Below, in pieces: positions 57,867 to 64,000 of a DNA stretch of 64,000 bases. The stretch is taken from IMG/VR virus record IMGVR_UViG_3300021962_000021, positions 124,001-188,000 of that record; one strand, given 5' to 3'. The position numbers and the translations under genes were made by a program. Under the pieces are notes generated by a model. That model did not search any database. It had not been told where the DNA came from and saw only the letters and a program-made list of their open reading frames with translations. How positions within the stretch are numbered: position 1 is the stretch's first letter; each line of letters begins with the position of its first letter.

Positions 57867-57995
57867 ATGTTTAAAAAATTACCTATCATCTCATTTTTCA
57901 TTAAAAAATATGAAAATTATAAGATGAAAAAGAAAATTCAGAAAAAATTAGAGGAACTCAAAAAGAGAGACCCATTCGTTTATAAGAATTTCTAA
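57867..57995 (+). CDS. Small basic hypothetical protein (42 aa), missed by ORF track
   Basis: MFKKLPIISFFIKKYENYKMKKKIQKKLEELKKRDPFVYKNF*; fills the gap on the coding strand. Confidence 0.65.
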   Translation: MFKKLPIISFFIKKYENYKMKKKIQKKLEELKKRDPFVYKNF

Positions 57996-58004
57996 TATTT
58001 TAGG

Positions 58005-58013
58005 ATATTTATA
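58005..58013 (+). promoter_or_regulatory. Putative late promoter ATATTTATA
   Basis: 4 nt (from the 8-mer) before the ATG at 58017. Confidence 0.55.
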
Positions 58014-58016
58014 TGT

Positions 58017-61000
58017 ATGAATTTAATAAACGAAGTAGATAAACCGGAAATTAAGAAAACTGTTGTAATATTTTCAGGCAGATTTCAACCCTTTCATAGA
58101 GGACATTATGCAACATATGAGCACTTAGTGTCAAAATTTGGTGCTGCAAATGTTTACATAGGAACATCAAATGACCAATCTGGTCCAAAATCTCCGTTTG
58201 GATTTAAAGAAAAAAAGGAAATTGCAACAAAGATGTTTGGTATTCCTTCAAATAGATTTATACAAATTCGTAATCCATATCAACCGATTGAAATACTTAA
58301 AAAATTCGATGGACAAACTACGCAATATATTGCAGCAGTAGGAGAGAAAGATGCAACAAGATTGCAAGGTAAATACTTTAAACCATATAAAGGCAAAGCT
58401 GGATATGGTTATGATGAAATTGGTTATGTTTATCCGGTACCAGCAGAACAAAATCCAATAAGCGGAACGGATGTTAGAAATGCATTAGGTAGTGGGAATG
58501 ATGAAAAAGCTAAAAAGTTTTTTCTAAAAGCATATCCAAAATTTGATAAAGAAATATATAAAATGATAACAGGAAAGTTAAATGAGAATTTTATAAAAGG
58601 TTATCCATCAAAAGAAGATGTTAAAAAAATCCAAAAGAAAAATGATGATATTCGTTCAGTAGCAACTACGGATGATTCATATGTATATGACCCAATTGCA
58701 GAATTAATTGGTAGAGTGGCAGCAGAAGAGATGTTTAATGAATTTATTTTAGAATATTTGGATGAAGCACCTAATAAAGCATTAGACCAAGACATCACTT
58801 ATACAAATAGTAAAGGCCAGCAAAAGAAAATTAAAGCCAGGGATGCATTAAGATTACCAAAAGACCATCCAGCTCACGTACAAGCAGCTAAAATAGCAGG
58901 ACCGGATGATGCACCTGTGAATGAACCAAAAGCAAAAAAAGAACCAGGAAAAGCAGCTCAAAAAGCAGCAGAACCATCTCAGCCTGGTCAACCAACCAAA
59001 AAAGACCAAACCCAACAAGGAAAAATAGATAAAGAAAAATCATCTACCAGTGCACAATCTGGAAAAGAACAAGGTCCACCACCTGAACAAAAATTAAGTG
59101 GAACTGAATTAAAATCTTCAGCAGAAACTACACCTAAAGACCAAAAAGCCGAAAAAGTAAAACAAGCATTGGATGGTGCAAGAAAAGAGTTATCAAAAGA
59201 AGATAACCAAACTATTGATAAAGTAAACAACCCACAATCTCCGGAAAGAAAAGGAATGATGGGTAACATTAAAAATGGTTTAAAAAAGATTGGTGATGGA
59301 TTAGGACATTGGGCAAAGCATAAGGCAGAAATGGTCGGTGGAACGGTTGATGCAGTAAAAGCATTAGCAAATGGACAGAAAATTGGTTCTACTAAAAATA
59401 AAGAAACAGGCGAATGGGAATACTCCGATGAAAAAAGAAAAGAACAGATAAAACATATAAAACACTTTGCATTGGATGCTGGATTGTTAATAGGTTCTAT
59501 GGCATTGGGTGGAGCTGGAGTTGCAGGAGTAAAAGCAGTGATGGCAGGTAAAGGAGCGGCCGCAGCGGGTTCTGCAGCATTACACGGCGCCGCTGGTGCA
59601 TTTACACATGGTGCCGTTGGATTTGGTGCACATTTGGGTAAAGATATTGCAAAACACGCCGCATTGGAAACATTAGGATTGGGAGGAGTTAGCGCAGCAG
59701 GTGGTGGAGCAGCGTTATCCATAGCAACGGGTGGGATATTGGAAATGATTAATGAAGAAATTGATGATAACAACAAATTTATATCAAACTTTATGAGAAA
59801 GGTTGTCGAAAAAATGGAAACATATCAACTTTCCGATGAACAACTACTCAAATCTATTGAAAATTATAAGAAAAATAAACCAAAACAAGATGCAGCCGAT
59901 TTGTTAAGAGAAAACCTTTCAGAAACAAAACAACAATCAATTCAACATTTTGTAGAGTTTGCAACTAAAAGATTAAAATTACAAGAAACACCAAAAGTTA
60001 ATTTAGTAGGTGGTGGAGAATTTGCAGAAATAAAAACCAGTTTAGGGGGATTTGACCCTGAAACAAAAGAAATATATGTTGCAACCGAAGGAAGATTAAC
60101 GGCGGATATTTTAAGAACTCTTGCACATGAAATGGTTCACAGAAAGCAAGATGAAATGGGATTGGTTAGAAATCCTATGAAAGATGGTGCAGATGGTTCT
60201 CCAATAGAAAACCAGGCGCATGCAGTTGCGGGTATTCTAATGAGGGAATATGGTAGAATTAACAAACAAATATATCAAGAAGGAAAAAACTCACCGGCAT
60301 ATAAAGGACCGGAAGGATACGATGATAGTTGCGATTGTTATCCAAATGAAGATATTAACTTAGATGTTGATAAGGGTGATACTTTATTGATGGGAAAGTT
60401 TAAAAACAAAAAAGTTACAGTAAAAGATATTGGTGTAGATGACCACGGAATGCCAACAATCAATGGTAAGCAAGCAACTACATTTCGTAAAGTAGATGAA
60501 ATGGGCAGTAAGGATATTCATTTTAAAAATATTTTAGATAAACTAAAAAACGGAAACTATACAACAAGAAAGAAGATAGCAATGGCAATTGTCGGTAAGT
60601 ATAATGCAAGTAGAGATACCATTGTAAGAGCTTTGCGTAATATGGGATATGATGATATTACAAATGTTGAAAAGCAAGCCGGAATAGAATTAAATGAAAA
60701 TTTATTATTAGAAGGTGGTGCATATGGACACATGTCGCATCCATTTGATGATATGGATTTAACATTTGGTGACCTTAAAAATATAATTACAGGAGCACTG
60801 AATGGTGATTTGGGTGTAGTAAGAGAGAAAACCGATGGACAAGCATTAGCTATCAGTTGGAAGAATGGTAGATTGATTGCAGCAAGAAACAAAGGACATT
60901 TAGCAAATGCTGGAGCAAATGCTATGGGTATTGAAGATGTTGCATCAAAGTTTGCCGGAAGAGGTGGATTAACCGATGCATACAATTTCGCAATGAGAGA

Positions 61001-61901
61001 TTTATCAGCTGCAATTAGTTCTCTATCAGAAGCACAAAGGAAAAAAATATTCAACGAAGGACAATGTTTTATGAATTTGGAAGTAATATGGCCAACTTCG
61101 GTAAATGTTATTCCTTATGGACAGGCTTTATTAGTATTCCACAATACAACATGTTATGATGAGAAAGGTGTTGCAATTGGAGCAGACCAAGGAGCATCAT
61201 CTACATTAGCAGGAATGATTAAGCAAGTAAATGCAGATGTTCAATCAAAATATACAATACAAGGCCCGCCTATTACTTCAATTCCAAAAGATGAAAACCT
61301 TTCTTCTAAACAAGGAAAGTATTTATCAAAATTAAGTAAACTACAATCTGAATTTAAATTATCCGATAGTGATACGGTTGCACTTTATCATCAGAGTTGG
61401 TGGGAAAATTTTATAGATAAAAAATCTCCAGTTAAAGTTGATAAATTAACAAAAGAAGCTTTAGTAAGAAGATGGGCATTTGGTGATAAATCGTTTAGAT
61501 TAAATACAATATCAAATCCTAAGTTACAAGAGTGGGCAATAGAGAACGATAAAGTAAATGTAGAAAAACAACAAAAAGAAAATATAAAACCATTTGAAGA
61601 AATATTTTTAAGTGTTGGAGCAGATGTATTAGATTTTGTAAGTTCAGTATTGACAGTTCATCCGGAAAAAGCAATAAGAGCAATAAAGAATAAATTTAAA
61701 TCAGTTGCATCTGAAGTTAGAGGGAGTGGAGATAAAACAAAAATACAAAAACTTAAATCGGAATTAAAAAGATTAAATGATTTAGGTGGAATTGATAGAA
61801 TAGTTGCATCTGAAGGTTTGGTATTTTTCTATAACGGAAAAACATATAAATTGACAGGAACATTCGCACCGTTAAATCAAATATTAGGATTATTTTATTA
61901 A
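58017..61901 (+). CDS. Multi-domain protein: HIGH nucleotidyltransferase + hydrophobic Gly/Ala segment + HExxH metallopeptidase + RNA-ligase-like nucleotidyltransferase
   Basis: GRFQPFHRGH...ISGTDVR; AHEMVH...E; EKTDG...EGLVF...YKL. Confidence 0.75.
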   Translation: MNLINEVDKPEIKKTVVIFSGRFQPFHRGHYATYEHLVSKFGAANVYIGTSNDQSGPKSPFGFKEKKEIATKMFGIPSNRFIQIRNPYQPIEILKKFDGQTTQYIAAVGEKDATRLQGKYFKPYKGKAGYGYDEIGYVYPVPAEQNPISGTDVRNALGSGNDEKAKKFFLKAYPKFDKEIYKMITGKLNENFIKGYPSKEDVKKIQKKNDDIRSVATTDDSYVYDPIAELIGRVAAEEMFNEFILEYLDEAPNKALDQDITYTNSKGQQKKIKARDALRLPKDHPAHVQAAKIAGPDDAPVNEPKAKKEPGKAAQKAAEPSQPGQPTKKDQTQQGKIDKEKSSTSAQSGKEQGPPPEQKLSGTELKSSAETTPKDQKAEKVKQALDGARKELSKEDNQTIDKVNNPQSPERKGMMGNIKNGLKKIGDGLGHWAKHKAEMVGGTVDAVKALANGQKIGSTKNKETGEWEYSDEKRKEQIKHIKHFALDAGLLIGSMALGGAGVAGVKAVMAGKGAAAAGSAALHGAAGAFTHGAVGFGAHLGKDIAKHAALETLGLGGVSAAGGGAALSIATGGILEMINEEIDDNNKFISNFMRKVVEKMETYQLSDEQLLKSIENYKKNKPKQDAADLLRENLSETKQQSIQHFVEFATKRLKLQETPKVNLVGGGEFAEIKTSLGGFDPETKEIYVATEGRLTADILRTLAHEMVHRKQDEMGLVRNPMKDGADGSPIENQAHAVAGILMREYGRINKQIYQEGKNSPAYKGPEGYDDSCDCYPNEDINLDVDKGDTLLMGKFKNKKVTVKDIGVDDHGMPTINGKQATTFRKVDEMGSKDIHFKNILDKLKNGNYTTRKKIAMAIVGKYNASRDTIVRALRNMGYDDITNVEKQAGIELNENLLLEGGAYGHMSHPFDDMDLTFGDLKNIITGALNGDLGVVREKTDGQALAISWKNGRLIAARNKGHLANAGANAMGIEDVASKFAGRGGLTDAYNFAMRDLSAAISSLSEAQRKKIFNEGQCFMNLEVIWPTSVNVIPYGQALLVFHNTTCYDEKGVAIGADQGASSTLAGMIKQVNADVQSKYTIQGPPITSIPKDENLSSKQGKYLSKLSKLQSEFKLSDSDTVALYHQSWWENFIDKKSPVKVDKLTKEALVRRWAFGDKSFRLNTISNPKLQEWAIENDKVNVEKQQKENIKPFEEIFLSVGADVLDFVSSVLTVHPEKAIRAIKNKFKSVASEVRGSGDKTKIQKLKSELKRLNDLGGIDRIVASEGLVFFYNGKTYKLTGTFAPLNQILGLFY

Positions 61902-61913
61902 AATTAAAAAGTT

Positions 61914-62585
61914 ATGCAAAAAAGAACCAGTTTTGACCAAAAAAACAAATACATTCACAAATCTCGTAAAAAGATTATTGATACCGTATTTGGTAGAGAA
62001 GATAATACACAAAGAGTCTTTGGTTATGAAAAAGTAGAAGATACTACAAAAAGAGAAGTTGGAGAAAAGTGGACTGATGCCGATGGTAAAGAGTGGGAGC
62101 AAAGAGAAGGATACAAAGTTGCCGTATCTCAAATGGATGATGTTAGAGATTATTTAAAAAAATTAACTACATGTAAAAATTCAGAATGTAAAACAACAAC
62201 TTATACCAAAGCCGATAAAAAACTTATAGTAAGAGCCGGTTATTGTATTAATTGTAATATTGAATTTGAAGCAAAATTGAAAAAAGAAGGTGTTTATCCA
62301 TTTTATGAAGATTACAAAATAACTTCTAATAAAATTGGATGGTTAAGAGATTATAAACAAAAAATGGAAGATAGTTTAAAATATATTACAAAAGATTATC
62401 AAATGGTTTATGAAAATGGACATGTTGAAAATTGGAATTGGGATATAGATATAGATAAGGTAAAAGCAGATTTAAAAAATGATATAGATAGTTCTTATGA
62501 AGCATTGGAATTATTAATACATAGAAAAAGGTTATTGGAAGATAAGTTACGAGAATTAAATTATGAAGAACTAATAAAAAATTAA
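61914..62585 (+). CDS. Hypothetical protein with putative Zn finger
   Basis: CKNSEC...CINC; REVGEKWTDADGKEWEQ. Confidence 0.7.
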   Translation: MQKRTSFDQKNKYIHKSRKKIIDTVFGREDNTQRVFGYEKVEDTTKREVGEKWTDADGKEWEQREGYKVAVSQMDDVRDYLKKLTTCKNSECKTTTYTKADKKLIVRAGYCINCNIEFEAKLKKEGVYPFYEDYKITSNKIGWLRDYKQKMEDSLKYITKDYQMVYENGHVENWNWDIDIDKVKADLKNDIDSSYEALELLIHRKRLLEDKLRELNYEELIKN

Positions 62586-62587
62586 TT

Positions 62588-63244
62588 ATGAAAAAATTAT
62601 TGAATTTTAAAAACATTGCTATCGCAGCATTGATTATTTACATTTTATTACAATGGTTTAACCCAGGTGGAGTTATGCCAGGTGGAAGAACTATCAGAAT
62701 TGATGGTAAAAAATATGAAGTATTAAAGCACACAATCGACACGGTTGAAGTAGAAAAATTAAAAGTAGTTACTAAAAAAGGAAAAGATATTGTACATGAA
62801 GTAATTGATGTGGATACTTTAGTTTTAAAAGAATTGGTAAATGTAGATTCTGCAGCAATTCTTAAAGATTATTTATCAAAAGTAATTTATAAAGATACAT
62901 TATTCCTTCCTGATTCATTAGGAACTGTTTCATTAGTTGATACTATTACTAAAAACAGAATATTAGGTAGAACATTTGACGCAAAAGTAAAACAAAGAGA
63001 AATAAAAGAAACTCTTATTGTTAAAGAACCGGCTAAACACCAACTTTATTATGGTTTAAATGGTGGATTCAACAAAGCAGATGTGGTATCTCATGTAGGA
63101 GCAGGTTTAATGTTAAAAACCAAAAAAGATAAATTATATCAATTTGGTGTAGGTGTTACAAATAGAACAGTTGATGGAACAAATGGTTCATTATCACCGT
63201 TTATAAATTTTGGAACATATTGGAAAATTAAATTGAAAAAATAA
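62588..63244 (+). CDS. Membrane-anchored protein (possibly spanin/Rz-like)
   Basis: N-terminal TM helix (IAIAALIIYILLQWF) and beta-rich C-terminus ending YWKIKLKK. Confidence 0.5.
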   Translation: MKKLLNFKNIAIAALIIYILLQWFNPGGVMPGGRTIRIDGKKYEVLKHTIDTVEVEKLKVVTKKGKDIVHEVIDVDTLVLKELVNVDSAAILKDYLSKVIYKDTLFLPDSLGTVSLVDTITKNRILGRTFDAKVKQREIKETLIVKEPAKHQLYYGLNGGFNKADVVSHVGAGLMLKTKKDKLYQFGVGVTNRTVDGTNGSLSPFINFGTYWKIKLKK

Positions 63245-64000
63245 TGAGTGTTCAAGGGCAACCAAAGAAAACACTTAAAGAGATAATTGCTGATGAATAT
63301 CGTAGATGTGCGGGAGACCCCATCTACTTTATGAAAAAATATTGTATGATTCAGCACCCGGTGAGAGGTAAAATACCCTTTCACCTTTATCCTTTCCAGG
63401 AATCTTGTTTGACAGATTTTAAAGATAATCGTTTTAACATAATTCTTAAAAGTAGACAATTGGGTTTATCTACACTTTCTGCCGGTTATATTCTTTGGAA
63501 AATGATATTCAATCAGGATTTTAACGCCTTAGTAATTGCAACCAAAGTGACCGTTGCAAAAAACTTAGTAGAGAAAGTAAGAGTTATGCATGACCTCCTT
63601 CCTGTTTGGTTGAGAGATGGTGGAACAGCGGCAGCTGAAGATAATAAACTTTCTCTTAAATTAAAAAATGGTTCACAAGTAAAAGCAATCGCATCTTCTC
63701 CAGATGCCGGACGTTCGGAAGCCTTATCACTACTTGTTGTGGATGAGGCAGCTTTCATTAGAGATATTGATGAAATTTGGTTATCAGCACAATCAACCTT
63801 ATCAACGGGTGGTTCTGCTATTGTATTATCTACACCAAATGGTGTTGGTAACTGGTTTCATAAAATGTGGGTTGAAGGTGAAAATGGAACGAATGGATTT
63901 AATACGATAAAACTTCATTGGACAGTTCACCCAGAAAGAAATCAGGCTTGGAGAGATGAACAAACTCGTATCTTAGGAGTTAAGGGTGCAGCACAAGAAT
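63244..64000 (+). CDS. terL: Terminase large subunit, T4 gp17-like (3'-truncated; absent from ORF track)
   Basis: Translated by hand: DPIYFMKKYCMIQHP..LYPFQ..ILKSRQLGLST (Walker A)..LLVVDEAAF (Walker B)..LSTPNG (motif III)..FHKMW. Confidence 0.95.
   Translation, partial: MSVQGQPKKTLKEIIADEYRRCAGDPIYFMKKYCMIQHPVRGKIPFHLYPFQESCLTDFKDNRFNIILKSRQLGLSTLSAGYILWKMIFNQDFNALVIATKVTVAKNLVEKVRVMHDLLPVWLRDGGTAAAEDNKLSLKLKNGSQVKAIASSPDAGRSEALSLLVVDEAAFIRDIDEIWLSAQSTLSTGGSAIVLSTPNGVGNWFHKMWVEGENGTNGFNTIKLHWTVHPERNQAWRDEQTRILGVKGAAQE

Noticed and set aside
58988-59776. 262-aa minus-strand ORF
   Set aside because: Shadow of the Gly/Ala-rich part of the 1294-aa gene; no motifs or promoter.
407-63910. Other minus-strand and nested ORFs in the track (e.g. 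18230-18745, 27986-28528, 60557-61054, 63139-63459, 63704-63910)
   Set aside because: All lie within longer + strand genes with recognisable motifs and have antisense-like composition; the 63.1-63.9 kb ones overlap the 62588 gene or terL.
1-64000. Stop-codon recoding (TAG/TGA) as in some large phages
   Set aside because: Long genes are intact under the standard code, and TAG (43822, 48420) and TGA (46701) act as real stops abutting the next start.
1-64000. tRNAs, introns, inteins, programmed frameshifts
   Set aside because: Intergenic gaps are too short and AT-rich for tRNAs; primase, SbcCD and the visible terL have no unexplained insertion, splice motifs or broken frames.

Overview
This is a strongly AT-rich, densely coding 64-kb segment of a large tailed (myovirus-like) bacteriophage. 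It uses the standard genetic code and all but one credible gene lie on the + strand. Phage identity rests on a T4 gp17-like large terminase (63244 to the window end, missing from the ORF track), gp25-, gp6- and gp5-like baseplate genes, a 1693-aa tail-fibre-like protein and a sigma-like factor. The host is probably a Bacteroidota member (inference): one perfect TTTG-N20-TAnnTTTG promoter and AT-rich starts without Shine-Dalgarno sites. Layout: (1) 1-7.9 kb accessory genes (HD protein, Hsp20, UvsE, HIGH nucleotidyltransferase, DUF2061, peptide deformylase, sigma-like factor, carbamoyltransferase, SGNH protein); (2) 8-25 kb baseplate/tail module; (3) 25-30.6 kb T7 endonuclease I-like nuclease, primase, fused SbcD-SbcC, 2OG-Fe(II) oxygenase and a lone antisense regulator; (4) 30.7-58 kb tail fibre followed without a gap by a ~22-kb glycan biosynthesis and modification operon; (5) a 1294-aa multi-enzyme protein, two further genes and terL. 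The best candidate for an undescribed system is autonomous virion glycosylation. The operon is translationally coupled to the tail-fibre gene behind a putative late promoter. It encodes three GT7 galactosyltransferase-like proteins with an inserted LamG domain, a glycan phosphoribosyltransferase-like/HAD pair, split PDH-E1-like subunits, RmlC, SDRs, radical SAM and SGNH proteins. Peripheral virion proteins are also strikingly enriched in a [S/T]-[G/A/S]-S motif that could be the acceptor sequon. The second candidate is the 1294-aa protein, which looks like a head-packaged, protease-processed effector polyprotein. All family calls come from motif recognition by eye; no database search was run. 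No tRNA, rRNA, CRISPR array, intron or intein was recognised.
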